Origin: Pseudomonadota bacterium
Lineage (GTDB): Bacteria > Bdellovibrionota_B > Oligoflexia > Silvanigrellales > Silvanigrellaceae
Direction of reading: 5' to 3'
Length of the DNA stretch: 64,000 bases
NCBI GenBank assembly: GCA_039799905.1
Contig: JBDLRP010000032.1
Span: 62,070-126,069 of the forward strand
Shown here: piece by piece, positions 18,468 to 28,126 of the stretch
Layout: every line of letters begins with the position of its first letter
Position numbering within the stretch: the stretch's first letter is position 1
Made by a program: the position numbers and the translations under genes
The notes under the pieces: model-generated
The model's input: only the letters and a program-made list of their open reading frames with translations
Told to the model about the DNA's origin: nothing
Databases searched by the model: none

Positions 18468-18483
18468 AGCAACTGGCGTGCCA
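18468..18483 (-). promoter_or_regulatory. Sigma-54 -24/-12 promoter upstream of mccA
   Basis: TGGCACGCCAGTTGCT matches consensus TGGCACG-N4-TTGCW exactly. Confidence 0.75.
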
Positions 18484-18687
18484 AGTGATCGGGATGGCTA
18501 TTTGATCAATAAAATAATGTGCTTATAGAAAAATGGGATTTCGAAGGAGCATTGTTCATGAATCGTTTGAATCACCTGTCCGATTTCCAACCAGAATCTG
18601 GCTGAAAACCGTTCATGCGATCGTGGGCGCTTGCGTGATGACTTTCAATGACTTCTGGATGTGCTGACAGTCTACAAACGATTGGCG

Positions 18688-20001
18688 TCAGCTGCGGGGC
18701 AATCGTATAAGAACCTTGTCGACACGGTTGCCATCCATGTCGATGACTTCGTAGCTGACATCATCAGATTCAAATGCGTCGCCGGTTTTTGGAATTTTTC
18801 CCAGCTCACTCAGGATGAAGCCTGCAACCGTGTGAAAGTTTCCGCTGTCTTCGCCGCGGAGCTTTGCGAGCTTGAGTTTTTCACGCAGTTCTTCAACGGT
18901 GACAAGGCCATCGACGATCCACGTACCGTCCTGCCGCTTGACGATTGTCGTCGACTTGTCATCCATGGTGTCGGCAAAGTCGCCGACGATGGCGCGCAGG
19001 ATGTCGGTGAGTGTGAGCACGCCCTGAACATTTCCGTATTCATCTACGACAAAGGCGAAGTGCGTCGCCGAATTTCGGAACAGTTCGACGCTGCGCGACG
19101 CGTCCGCGTTTTCCGGCAGGTAAAGTGCTTGTTCCAGATAAAGGGTCAGGTCGAAGGGTTGGCCCAGAAGTTGCCTGCTGAGAATGTCCTTGACGTGAAT
19201 GACGCCTACAACGTTGTCGAGAGATCCTTTGACAACAGGAAAATGTGAGTGTCGCGCATCAATAATCTTCTTACGATTTTTTTCAGCCGGGTCATCGATG
19301 TCGAGCCAGACGACTTCGGGGCGTGTTGTCATGAACGAGCTGATGCGTGCTTCGCTGAACTCGATGACGCCTTGAACCATGCGTCGTTCAGTTGCATCAA
19401 ATGCGCCGGTGCTGGCTGATTCCTGTAGCAGAGATTTGATTTCTTCCGGACTCACCGGTTGCGCTTTTCCGTTCACACTCAATCCAAGGAGTTTGCAAAC
19501 GGCATCTGTGCACAGGGCGAAAGCTCGCACGAGCGGATGAAAAACTCGGGCGATCAGCAGGACAGGGCGTCCGGCCCATCGGGCGATGGTGTTGGGCGAG
19601 TGCAGAGCAATGCGTTTTGGCACCAGCTCGCCAAAAATGACGCTGACGACCGTGATGACCAGCACGACAAAAAGCGAGGCGAGCCAGCGGCTTTGCGTCT
19701 CTGGGACCTCGAGTTGCATTAGAAACGCATTGATATGCTTCACAAAGGTGGCGCCAGAGTAAACACCGGTCGACAGAGCGATTAGGGTCATGCCGATTTG
19801 AACTGTTGAAAGAAGTTCCGCCGGACGCTGGTTGAGGTCCAACGCGGCCGTGGCTCCCAGATCCCCTTCGCGTGAGAATTTTTCAAGGCTGGCCTTGCTC
19901 GCTGAGAGCAGAGAAATCTCGGCCATGGCAAAAAAGCCATTGAGAACGACCAAACCCGACAAGATTATGAGCTCTGTCATGAATGCAGGAGATTCGATCA
20001 T
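18688..20001 (-). CDS. HlyC/CorC (CNNM) family transporter with CBS domains
   Basis: NGFFAMAEIS, IFGELVPKRIA, HSHFPV, VVDEYG and TVAGFIL..LGKIP motifs. Confidence 0.93.
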   Translation of the reverse strand: MIESPAFMTELIILSGLVVLNGFFAMAEISLLSASKASLEKFSREGDLGATAALDLNQRPAELLSTVQIGMTLIALSTGVYSGATFVKHINAFLMQLEVPETQSRWLASLFVVLVITVVSVIFGELVPKRIALHSPNTIARWAGRPVLLIARVFHPLVRAFALCTDAVCKLLGLSVNGKAQPVSPEEIKSLLQESASTGAFDATERRMVQGVIEFSEARISSFMTTRPEVVWLDIDDPAEKNRKKIIDARHSHFPVVKGSLDNVVGVIHVKDILSRQLLGQPFDLTLYLEQALYLPENADASRSVELFRNSATHFAFVVDEYGNVQGVLTLTDILRAIVGDFADTMDDKSTTIVKRQDGTWIVDGLVTVEELREKLKLAKLRGEDSGNFHTVAGFILSELGKIPKTGDAFESDDVSYEVIDMDGNRVDKVLIRLPRS

Positions 20002-20054
20002 GTGCGTTCCACCCTTGACTTCCGGATTGCGCTAGCATACCACAGCCTCGCCGT

Positions 20055-20139
20055 GCGCAGATGGCGAAATTGGTAGACGCACTCGTTTCAGGTGCGAGCG
20101 CCGCAAGGCATGAGAGTTCGAGTCTCTCTCTGCGCACCA
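20055..20139 (+). tRNA. tRNA-Leu(CAG)
   Basis: GCGCAGA acceptor stem, anticodon loop TTCAGGT, long variable arm, GTTCGAGT T-loop and encoded CCA. Confidence 0.95.
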
Positions 20140-20318
20140 TCCTTTTCTCAATATACCTGAAAATACAATTAAATATCCGTAAATTTTCTTTCTGGACACG
20201 CGGGAAAAGTTTTCCGCCCGTCAGGCTGTCGGCCAATTGACCAATTTCGAACTGTGTCCGCTTGGATTTCCTTTTATGCTTTCGGAGAGAACCTTTCAGT
20301 TCACCGGAGGCCGACGGA

Positions 20319-21278
20319 ATGACGACCACATCCATGGTGCGCAACCTGTTTGTTTCGCTCGTATTGAGCTCTGCGCTGTTGTGGCAGACCGGTTATGCCG
20401 CTCAGGATTCCAACCGGGAAATTGTCGGCGGCACGATTGTGACCGACCCATCCAGTTTTGAATATCAACATACAGTCAGACTGCTGATTGGTGCGGTTAC
20501 AGCCGGCGATGATCTTCCGGCTCACCTGCGCGGATTGCGTCTGAGCTGGCGTTGCTCGGCGGCAATCGTCGCGAAACAGGTTTTGATTTCTGCCGCGCAC
20601 TGTTTTCCTAAGTCGATGAGTCTCAAAGATTCACAGTCTCCCCGCGTGTACCGTGCAGACGTGAAGGACATTAAACTTGAAGCATTTTTCAAGACCGATC
20701 CGCGCAGTGATCGAGTCAGCGGAATCCGTGCGCAGAAAATAATCGTGCACGAAGGGTTTAGAGACGACTGGACCTCCAACGTGAGTGACGTCTGGAACCC
20801 TGCAGAATCCATTCACGACCTAGCGCTCATTCAGCTTGCCGAAACTGTTCCCGCAGATAAAAAACCCGCGGCATTGCTCGCTGCTGGAGAAACTCAGTTG
20901 CAGGACGGAGAGACGTTGGTCATGTCCGGCTACGGACGTGACCTGTCGGATGAACAGATATCACTGCCGCGCTTGCGCACTGTTGCTGTTCCACTGCGTG
21001 AAACACTGCGCAACGGAACCGAGTGGTACGCGGGTGCTGGTGACACGACAAAAGCTGGCAGGGTGGAGCGTCCGGCTGGTGGCTGCATGGGAGATTCGGG
21101 TGGGCCGGTTTTTGCACGCCGTGGCGATTCCGCGCGGCTTGTCGGCGTCATCGTTCGCGGTCCGGATGAGAACAATGGCGGTTGTGCTGCAGCAGTGACG
21201 ATTTCCACTTCACTTCCCGCATACAGCGCTTGGATTTCTGCGAAGCTCAATGAGCTGAACCGACTGCAGGCCGAGTAA
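20319..21278 (+). CDS. Secreted trypsin-like (S1) serine protease
   Basis: Signal peptide, IVGG, SAAHC, HDLALI and GDSGGP motifs. Confidence 0.92.
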   Translation: MTTTSMVRNLFVSLVLSSALLWQTGYAAQDSNREIVGGTIVTDPSSFEYQHTVRLLIGAVTAGDDLPAHLRGLRLSWRCSAAIVAKQVLISAAHCFPKSMSLKDSQSPRVYRADVKDIKLEAFFKTDPRSDRVSGIRAQKIIVHEGFRDDWTSNVSDVWNPAESIHDLALIQLAETVPADKKPAALLAAGETQLQDGETLVMSGYGRDLSDEQISLPRLRTVAVPLRETLRNGTEWYAGAGDTTKAGRVERPAGGCMGDSGGPVFARRGDSARLVGVIVRGPDENNGGCAAAVTISTSLPAYSAWISAKLNELNRLQAE

Positions 21279-21281
21279 AAA

Positions 21282-21632
21282 TCACTTCATGCCCCTGGCG
21301 GTGTCCAGACAGCTGGTCAGTTCCGCCGATGGTGTCCAACCGCAATTTCCGTCTGACTGTTTTTCGCAGCGTGCGGTCTTGTAGCAGGCATATTCCTCTC
21401 GCCACATGCACGTCGAAACAACCGACTGGCCTTCAGGTGCACAAAGATGTCCGCTGCAACCCGTGCGTGCGCAACCTGCGCCTGTGAAGGCCTGCTTTGC
21501 GTCGGCAGCCGATTGAGTTGAACTTGGCTCAACTGCCGGTGATTGAGTTTGTTGAGGTCCCTTGCACGCGCAGGCGGAGATGGCAACGAAAACTGTGGTG
21601 ACCACAATCGGCAGGACGTATTTCAGACGCAT
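21282..21632 (-). CDS. Small lipoprotein with an eight-cysteine domain
   Basis: Signal ending in ACAC, then CARTGCSGHLC...TC...ACYKTARCE.Q.DGNCGW...SC. Confidence 0.7.
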   Translation of the reverse strand: MRLKYVLPIVVTTVFVAISACACKGPQQTQSPAVEPSSTQSAADAKQAFTGAGCARTGCSGHLCAPEGQSVVSTCMWREEYACYKTARCEKQSDGNCGWTPSAELTSCLDTARGMK

Positions 21633-21749
21633 CTTTGTTTCTCCGTTTTCAGGTTGTCAGCCTTTACAGCATACTACCCACGGGAGAATTTTGAATCGTT
21701 TGAAATTTGATTGTTCGGTCAGTGTATCGTCTGGTGGTTTTTTTTTTAA

Positions 21750-22382
21750 TTACTGGGCGCCCAAAACAACAGGACCTGTCGGTTCGCTTTCCGAGGATTC
21801 AAATGCTATCCCGACAGTCGCTCCGGCACTGATTCCCAGCGCAGAAAGAGCCGCCTGTGAAAGCATGATGCCCCCTTCGCTGGTAATGGGTGGCCCCCAA
21901 TCGACAACCCTGACCACCACTGCTCGGGTGATTTGCGTAGGCGTGATGACAATGAGTTTACGGTTGGCAAAGAATTTCATTCCTGCTTCGGGTCGCGCAC
22001 CGTAATCCCAGCGCATCGCGCAGAAGTAGGGATCTTGAGTGCGCGAGAGATCTTCAGCTGTCAGCGAGCTCAAAACACTAACGTTGCGCTGAAAGCCCTG
22101 CAGCGGATACCCTTCGGAACGGGTGAAAACCCAGTTCAGGTTGCGGAATTGCCCTTTGACGGCAAGAACTTCAGGTATTCTGAATGATGATTTTTCGATG
22201 CCGGCGTTGTGGGCTGCAAGGACATCGTTGGCCAACAAGCTTTGTGTTCCGTTGGCGATACCTTCAGCAGGTGTCCAACGGCAGGCTGGGAGCACGCTTA
22301 TGATCGCGCCAGTGAGCAAACCGCCCATCCAGAACCGATGATGTAGTTTTCGAAAACGGCGGAATCTGACTGTCTGCGTCAT
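21750..22382 (-). CDS. RlpA/DPBB-like lipoprotein (putative lytic transglycosylase)
   Basis: Lipobox LPAC, FCAMRW, VVVRVVDWGP and LSQAALSALG motifs. Confidence 0.6.
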   Translation of the reverse strand: MTQTVRFRRFRKLHHRFWMGGLLTGAIISVLPACRWTPAEGIANGTQSLLANDVLAAHNAGIEKSSFRIPEVLAVKGQFRNLNWVFTRSEGYPLQGFQRNVSVLSSLTAEDLSRTQDPYFCAMRWDYGARPEAGMKFFANRKLIVITPTQITRAVVVRVVDWGPPITSEGGIMLSQAALSALGISAGATVGIAFESSESEPTGPVVLGAQ

Positions 22383-22423
22383 TTGGATCCCCCTCCCCCC
22401 TAACACGCGCACGTGCAATGCAG

Positions 22424-22439
22424 AGCAAAAGTCCTGCCA
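22424..22439 (-). promoter_or_regulatory. Sigma-54-like promoter
   Basis: TGGCAGGACTTTTGCT (GG-N10-GC), about 40 nt upstream of the ATG at 22382. Confidence 0.6.
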
Positions 22440-22532
22440 GTCAGTGAGATTCGCCGAGATGTACTAAACTTAATTAATTTTGGAAGGTTAGGAGAATTGT
22501 TCTGGGGTCGGCAAGGTGGCTCCGACGGCTAA

Positions 22533-23900
22533 TCATTTGACAGTGGCTTTGAACTGCGCAGGCTGACCAGTTGAAGCCAACACACTCAACCAGAGCGGGC
22601 AGTTGGTATCGAATTTTTTGCGGCCGCGGGTCACCAGCTTGAGTGGAATGTTGGTGAATTGCTCGTGCGAATACCCGACCATCATACCGGTTTTGCCGGC
22701 CATCGCCGCGTGCACAGCATTTTGTCCGAGAGCGGCGCAGAACACCGAGTCATCGGATGATGTAGTTTGAGCGCGCAGCATGTAGCTCGGGTCAATGTAC
22801 TTGAGTGTGGTTTCGATTCCCTGCCGCTTGAAATCCTGTGGAATAACTTCTTTCAGATACCGGCCGACGTCCTTGAGCTTGACGTTTCCGGAGGCATCGG
22901 TCTCTTTGCCGGCATCAGGAAAAAGATTCTGCCCGGCACCTTCCGCGACTGCGACTGTCGCATAGCCCTTTTCCACGACGCGGCGTGTGAGCACACTCAG
23001 GAATCCATGTTCGCCTTCGAGGTTGAGCTCAACCTCTGGAATGAGTACGAAGTCAATGTCGTTCATCGCGGCCGCAGCGCTCGCAGTGAGAGCTCCAGAT
23101 TGACGGCCCATGATCTTCACCAGTCCAATTCCATTCACAGCTCCGCGCGCTTCGGTCTGCGCGCAGCGGAGCGCTTCAACCGCTTTGCCTACGGCCGTTT
23201 CAAATCCGAAGCTTTTTGAGACCCAGAGAATGTCGTTGTCAATGGTCTTGGGAATTCCAATCACTGCAATTGGCAAATTGCGTTTGGTGACTTCTTGATA
23301 AATTGCATTCGCACCGGCCAGAGTGCCATCACCCCCGATGGTGAAAATGATGTTCACATCACGCAGTACAAGTGCATCGACGATTGCAGATGGATTCGAA
23401 TGTCCGCGCGCGCTGCCGAGAATGGAGCCGGCTTCAAAATCGATGTTCTGCACCGAGCGTGTGTCGAGACGCCGCCAAGGGAATTTGAATCGTTTGGATT
23501 CGGTGTCGTGCGCAAAGCCGTAGTAGCCGAAAGGAACCCCAAAGATGTTCCGCACGTGATAGCGGTCGTGCAGCATGGTGACCATGCTTTGTACGACATT
23601 GTTGAGGCCGGGGGCGAGACCGCCGCAGGTTACAATTGCGACTCGCGTATTTGCTGGATCCCAGAAGATTTTCTCACGAGGTCCGGCAAGTTCCATGGAA
23701 GCCAGACTTGCAGCAGTGTCGGAGCCAGCCAGTGGATGTGACTCGAGCTGCCTGAGTGTAATGTTAACAAGAATGCGGTCGAGGGCGTCATCCAAAAACT
23801 GATGCGTCAGGAAGGATCCCTGCAGAGGGGAAGTCCGAGTCGCAGCACCGTAGCGCGCTGTCAGCGAATCGACGAGAAAATCAGCAGGAGACAATTCCAT
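22533..23900 (-). CDS. pfkA: ATP-dependent 6-phosphofructokinase
   Basis: TCGGLAPGLN, GGDGT, PKTIDND, FGFETAV, MGR and IDPSY motifs. Confidence 0.92.
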   Translation of the reverse strand: MELSPADFLVDSLTARYGAATRTSPLQGSFLTHQFLDDALDRILVNITLRQLESHPLAGSDTAASLASMELAGPREKIFWDPANTRVAIVTCGGLAPGLNNVVQSMVTMLHDRYHVRNIFGVPFGYYGFAHDTESKRFKFPWRRLDTRSVQNIDFEAGSILGSARGHSNPSAIVDALVLRDVNIIFTIGGDGTLAGANAIYQEVTKRNLPIAVIGIPKTIDNDILWVSKSFGFETAVGKAVEALRCAQTEARGAVNGIGLVKIMGRQSGALTASAAAAMNDIDFVLIPEVELNLEGEHGFLSVLTRRVVEKGYATVAVAEGAGQNLFPDAGKETDASGNVKLKDVGRYLKEVIPQDFKRQGIETTLKYIDPSYMLRAQTTSSDDSVFCAALGQNAVHAAMAGKTGMMVGYSHEQFTNIPLKLVTRGRKKFDTNCPLWLSVLASTGQPAQFKATVK

Positions 23901-23928
23901 CAGTCAGAACCCCGTGTCCATTTTTACG

Positions 23929-24645
23929 TTACACAGAGGCTACATTTTGTTCCTCAAAGATGTCTACCAGCGCCGCTTGCGCCATATCGAGGAGTCCGTT
24001 CAGCTGGCTGCGCGAAAATGCTTGTTTTTCGGCAGTTCCCTGCACTTCAAGTAAGAGTCCCGAGCTCGTCTGTACAACGTTCATATCGACGTCAGCCTTC
24101 TGGTCTTCAAAGTAGTCGAGGTCGACGAGCAGTGTTCCCTCGACAATACCGACCGACACAGCCGCAACTGCCTCGCGGATGGGATTGGTTTTGAGTTTGT
24201 TCATTTTGATGAGTTTTTCGACAGCGATGCGCAATGCCACATAGGCTCCGGTGATGGCCGCCGTGCGGGTACCACCATCGGCCTGCAGCACATCGCAGTC
24301 GAGCGTGATAGTGCGTTCGCCGAGTTGTTTCAGGTCTACGACTGCGCGCAGGCTGCGGCCGATCAGACGTTGAATTTCCTGCGTGCGGCCAGAAAGATTC
24401 TGGCGTTCCCGGCGTGAGCGTTCCGAAGTCGATGCTGGCAGGAGCGAATACTCGGCAGTCACCCAGCCCTGTCCGCGGGTTCCGCGCATCCAGTTGGGAA
24501 CAGAGTCTTCAACCGATGCAGTGCACATCACCCGTGTCTCGCCATATTCAACCAGCACCGAGCCCATCGGGACGTTGGTAAAGTTGGGGGTGATTTTGAT
24601 GGGGCGAGTTTGTGACACGGTGCGGTTGTGCGAGCGGCTGAGCAT
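23929..24645 (-). CDS. rph: Ribonuclease PH
   Basis: [27 protein letters not shown] and [18 protein letters not shown] motifs. Confidence 0.97.
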   Translation of the reverse strand: MLSRSHNRTVSQTRPIKITPNFTNVPMGSVLVEYGETRVMCTASVEDSVPNWMRGTRGQGWVTAEYSLLPASTSERSRRERQNLSGRTQEIQRLIGRSLRAVVDLKQLGERTITLDCDVLQADGGTRTAAITGAYVALRIAVEKLIKMNKLKTNPIREAVAAVSVGIVEGTLLVDLDYFEDQKADVDMNVVQTSSGLLLEVQGTAEKQAFSRSQLNGLLDMAQAALVDIFEEQNVASV

Positions 24646-24732
24646 GACAATGACCTCTTTGGAAAATAAAAACGTCCAGCAGCGGTCTTCTAGCTCGCGC
24701 TCCCAGCAGTGACAAGTTCACAGGGTCTTGAA

Positions 24733-25275
24733 TTACTGCAGTTGCACTGCAGCTGAGCGAAAATCACGCGGCAACGCGCGTTCCGGAAGAATGTGGATAC
24801 TCGGGTGTGAATTGCTCTGTATCCATTCATTGATACCGGGGCCGGTTTCGTTCTGAATAAACCTGACCAATCGTCTTGCCAGCCAGTGAACGCCTCTATC
24901 ATCCCATTCGAGCTCATCGAGAGTCAGACCCTTTACGCTGCTTGTCGCGATTTTACGTCCGCGTCGGAAGAAGCTGACTACCGGCGTATCGAGTGGTCCG
25001 CAGGCGAAAACACATTCGTAGCGCAGGCCTGAAGTTCGGCAAACCACCAAATAACCTGAGCTCGTGCGTGAAAATAGCAACCACAGGCCCGAATGGAACA
25101 CGCTCGTCCAAGCGTGGGAGCCATACATGCTTTGAAATGATGCATTTGAGATGTAGGCAACCAGATGGCTGGGGTGTCCGGCTTTGTCATAAGCCGTTTT
25201 GAGTTCAGTGTTGTTGAGCAGTTCGGAGCCCAGCTCAGAGGTCCAGGGGACCATCGGCAGGTCAGCGAGTCGCAT
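24733..25275 (-). CDS. Hypothetical protein
   Basis: 180-aa ORF with an AAGGAG RBS, lying between ilvE and rph on the same strand. Confidence 0.65.
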   Translation of the reverse strand: MRLADLPMVPWTSELGSELLNNTELKTAYDKAGHPSHLVAYISNASFQSMYGSHAWTSVFHSGLWLLFSRTSSGYLVVCRTSGLRYECVFACGPLDTPVVSFFRRGRKIATSSVKGLTLDELEWDDRGVHWLARRLVRFIQNETGPGINEWIQSNSHPSIHILPERALPRDFRSAAVQLQ

Positions 25276-25398
25276 GGGAGTTCTCCTTGTCAGGCGATAA
25301 CATCGCGCTCAAGGCGTGAATTAGCACTTCGACTTGTGGACTGTCCTGTGCGGCGGCGGCAGACATTTGACGCTCAGAGTCTTGCCCTTACTTTTGCC

Positions 25399-26502
25399 TC
25401 ATTGAGAGGCGACAAGTGTGCGCCAGCCGAATGGGTCTGCAGATTTTCCGATTTGGATGTCGATGAGCGCCTTCTTGATGTCCATGCTGACCCGACCAAT
25501 CCGGCCTTGGTTGATTTCGATCCGCTCTGTACCGTCAACGAATTCAATGACCGGTGATACAACTGCTGCGGTTCCACAGCCAAAAACCTCGGTCAGTGTA
25601 CCGTTGCGTATGTCGCGCAGAACGTCTTCGATATTTAGACGGGTTTCTTCAATTGTGTAGCCAAGATGTGCTGCGAGTTTGAGGATCGAGTCGCGGGTGA
25701 CACCCGGCAGAATACTTCCCGTAAGCGCTGGTGTGAGGATTTTGCGGTCATAGACGAACATAATGTTCATCGCACCGACTTCTTCGACAAAGGCTCGCTC
25801 AAGACCGTCCAGCCAGAGCACCTGCTCTGCACCTGCAGCGCGCGCCCTTTGCAGCGCAGGCAGAGCGGCAGCGTAATTTCCGCCACATTTGGCTTCGCCG
25901 CAGCCGCCGGGTACGGCACGCACGTGTTCGCGTTCAATGTAAACGGAAACACCTGTCTCGCGTTTATAGTAGTTCTTTGCCGGACTGACGATCACGAAAA
26001 ATCGGTAGGCCAGCGACGCTCGGTACGAGACCCCTGTGTCGAGACCTATGAGTGTGGGACGCAGGTAGAGTGACCCCGGATTGTCGAGAATCCAGTCCTG
26101 TTCAACGGCCACCAGCTCTTGGATGCTCCGGAGAAATAAATCCTCCGGTACCGGCTGCATGCCGAGACGTGTGGCTGAATTGGCGAACCTGCGCGCGTTT
26201 TGCTCGGCCCTGAATAGGTAAATTTGCTCGCGGTTTTTAGCGTCACGATAAGCCTTGAGCCCCTCAAAAACCTCCTGCCCGTAGTGAAAAACGACAGCAT
26301 CCGGGCTCAGATTGAAGGGTGCGTAGGGCAAAATTTCAGGGGTCTGCCATCCACCTTTTTGCGGCAGGTAGTCGCATACGAGCATATGGTCGGTCTGGGT
26401 GCGGCCAAAGGGAATGTCGTCAGCGAGGGTCGGGGGAGTTTTGCGCTTATGACGCGGCAAAAGGTCTTTGAGAACCCTTTGCTGAACAGCTGACTGAGGC
26501 AT
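25399..26502 (-). CDS. ilvE: Branched-chain amino acid aminotransferase
   Basis: HYGQEVFEGLKAY, LYLRP, KCGGNYAA, EEVGAMN, ILPGVTRDS and GTAAVV motifs. Confidence 0.95.
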   Translation of the reverse strand: MPQSAVQQRVLKDLLPRHKRKTPPTLADDIPFGRTQTDHMLVCDYLPQKGGWQTPEILPYAPFNLSPDAVVFHYGQEVFEGLKAYRDAKNREQIYLFRAEQNARRFANSATRLGMQPVPEDLFLRSIQELVAVEQDWILDNPGSLYLRPTLIGLDTGVSYRASLAYRFFVIVSPAKNYYKRETGVSVYIEREHVRAVPGGCGEAKCGGNYAAALPALQRARAAGAEQVLWLDGLERAFVEEVGAMNIMFVYDRKILTPALTGSILPGVTRDSILKLAAHLGYTIEETRLNIEDVLRDIRNGTLTEVFGCGTAAVVSPVIEFVDGTERIEINQGRIGRVSMDIKKALIDIQIGKSADPFGWRTLVASQ

Positions 26503-26644
26503 AACTTCTCCCCCCGCGGCGGTTCAGCACTGATTTGTGCTGTAGCTCGCCGATCCCGCGGTAGAATAGAGTCTGCAATTCAGGACGCAAGCCCCCCAAG
26601 ACACTTGACAACCATTTAGCCGTTTTCATATACGGCAGGTGAGT

Positions 26645-26719
26645 TGGGGCATCGACAAGTGGTAAGTCAACGGATTTTGATTCCGTCATTCCTAGGTTCG
26701 AATCCTAGTGCCCCAGCCA
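26645..26719 (+). tRNA. tRNA-Gln(TTG)
   Basis: TGGGGCA/TGCCCCA acceptor stem, ACGGA-TTTTGAT-TCCGT anticodon arm, GGTTCGAATCC and CCA. Confidence 0.95.
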
Positions 26720-26732
26720 CACTCACCTCTTC

Positions 26733-27290
26733 TCAGCCTTTGGCAAACAAAGCCGCAAGCTCGTCCTTCAGTTTCAAGACCACGTCGACCTCGACATCCA
26801 TATCGACCGGAAGATTTTTGAGTACTTCCAGTGGTGTGAGTTTGTTGTCGTCCTGAAGCGACATTACAATCGCAGAGCGGACTGCCTGAACCGAAGCGGT
26901 TTTCGTCAGGTGCGGATGCACAGCGTCGCCCAGTTTGTTGAGAACCGCCACACCGAACTGGTTGTTGAGGATGGTGCTCGTTTCAACCAGGTCGAGATTG
27001 TATTCTTTTGTTAGTTGAGCTCTCAGGGCATTGGCATCCAGTTTGCCGAATTTGATGAAGTTGCCGATGTCGCCGTTGGCCACTCCGCGGGATGCAAACT
27101 TTTCCAAATCACTCACCGACACCGAGCGGATCAACGATCCGTAAATGAAGTAAATGCGTTTGTCCTGCAGTGTATAGTTTGCATTTGTGCTTTCTATGGT
27201 CGCGTCGACTTTCCGTTTGCACGAAGGCAAAAGCATCGAGCCAAGAGCCAGAGTGGACACAATGACTGAAAACAAAAGACGACCCGACAT
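26733..27290 (-). CDS. Lipoprotein with a DUF1400-like domain
   Basis: Lipobox LPSC. IYFIYGSLIRSVSVSDLEKFA..G, AVRSAIV and LTPLEVLKNLP match the pattern recalled for DUF1400. Confidence 0.6.
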   Translation of the reverse strand: MSGRLLFSVIVSTLALGSMLLPSCKRKVDATIESTNANYTLQDKRIYFIYGSLIRSVSVSDLEKFASRGVANGDIGNFIKFGKLDANALRAQLTKEYNLDLVETSTILNNQFGVAVLNKLGDAVHPHLTKTASVQAVRSAIVMSLQDDNKLTPLEVLKNLPVDMDVEVDVVLKLKDELAALFAKG

Positions 27291-27338
27291 AGCAATCCCT
27301 CCCACTAATTAATGCTTCTGTCTTGAGACTGAATCGGA

Positions 27339-27872
27339 CTATTTGAGGCAGGTGACTTTGAGGTTGGCGCTGCAGCTGAGACCTTCGTCTGTCACCAGAG
27401 TTTTCAGTTTCGGCAAGCCCTTGAGCAGCTCGTCGATCTGACGCTGCGTGAACTTATTGCCAAGCAAATGCAAAGTCGAGATGTTTTTGAATGCAAGAAT
27501 GGGAGAGATGTTGGTAAGATTTTTCCCCGACAGATCGACGTGATCGAGTTTACGCGCGGCCCAGCGCGCTAAATCCGCAGTTTTTTCGATGTTCAAATGG
27601 TACATCGTCATCGAGTCGAGGATCGCATCAACTGTGCGCTCCTCTTCAGCGTTGAGGTTTTTCTTGCTTAGCCAATCTTCTGCGCTCAGTGTTCTGACTG
27701 CTGGAGCGGTTTGAACAGCCTGACCGTTGTTTTTCGTTTGTGCCTGTTCCGCGGCTTTGTTTTGTGAGCTGCTTGAAGACAGCGATTCTGTCGCGGGTTT
27801 GCAGGCGGCCAGTGATGCGACGATCGGAAGTAAATAGCAGGCCAATAGTTTTGTTTTTGCCGATACTGACAT
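27339..27872 (-). CDS. Lipoprotein with short leucine-rich repeats
   Basis: Lipobox LAAC and LRR-like units LDHVDLSGKNLTNISPI and ISTLHLLGNKF. GGAGG RBS. Confidence 0.7.
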   Translation of the reverse strand: MSVSAKTKLLACYLLPIVASLAACKPATESLSSSSSQNKAAEQAQTKNNGQAVQTAPAVRTLSAEDWLSKKNLNAEEERTVDAILDSMTMYHLNIEKTADLARWAARKLDHVDLSGKNLTNISPILAFKNISTLHLLGNKFTQRQIDELLKGLPKLKTLVTDEGLSCSANLKVTCLK

Positions 27873-28126
27873 GAACGACCTCCGTCAAAAGACACTCTAC
27901 GTCATGTCGGCAGAATTTTGGCAATTCTTTAATAATTCGAACAAAGCTCTGTTATTAAATAAGATTGTGCTTAGGTTTTGCTTCGAGCTCGATGAGTCGA
28001 CGTCGAACTAGAGGGCGTTCACTTCAATGGAATCATGACGCTTCAGACTTATCTTACTTAATCTCAGTTCTCGGTTAGACTGTTGGCAACGATCTACGAT
28101 AACTGAGAAAAAGGGCCCAATCTGTC

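Noticed and set aside
18558..18605. 15-aa plus-strand ORF MNRLNHLSDFQPESG with an AAGGAG RBS, divergent from mccA
   Set aside because: It does not end in Asn, is on the opposite strand to the operon, and has no other support.
20055..27900. tRNA-Leu and tRNA-Gln as integration sites of a genomic island
   Set aside because: No integrase and no duplicated tRNA 3' end were seen, and housekeeping genes lie between them.
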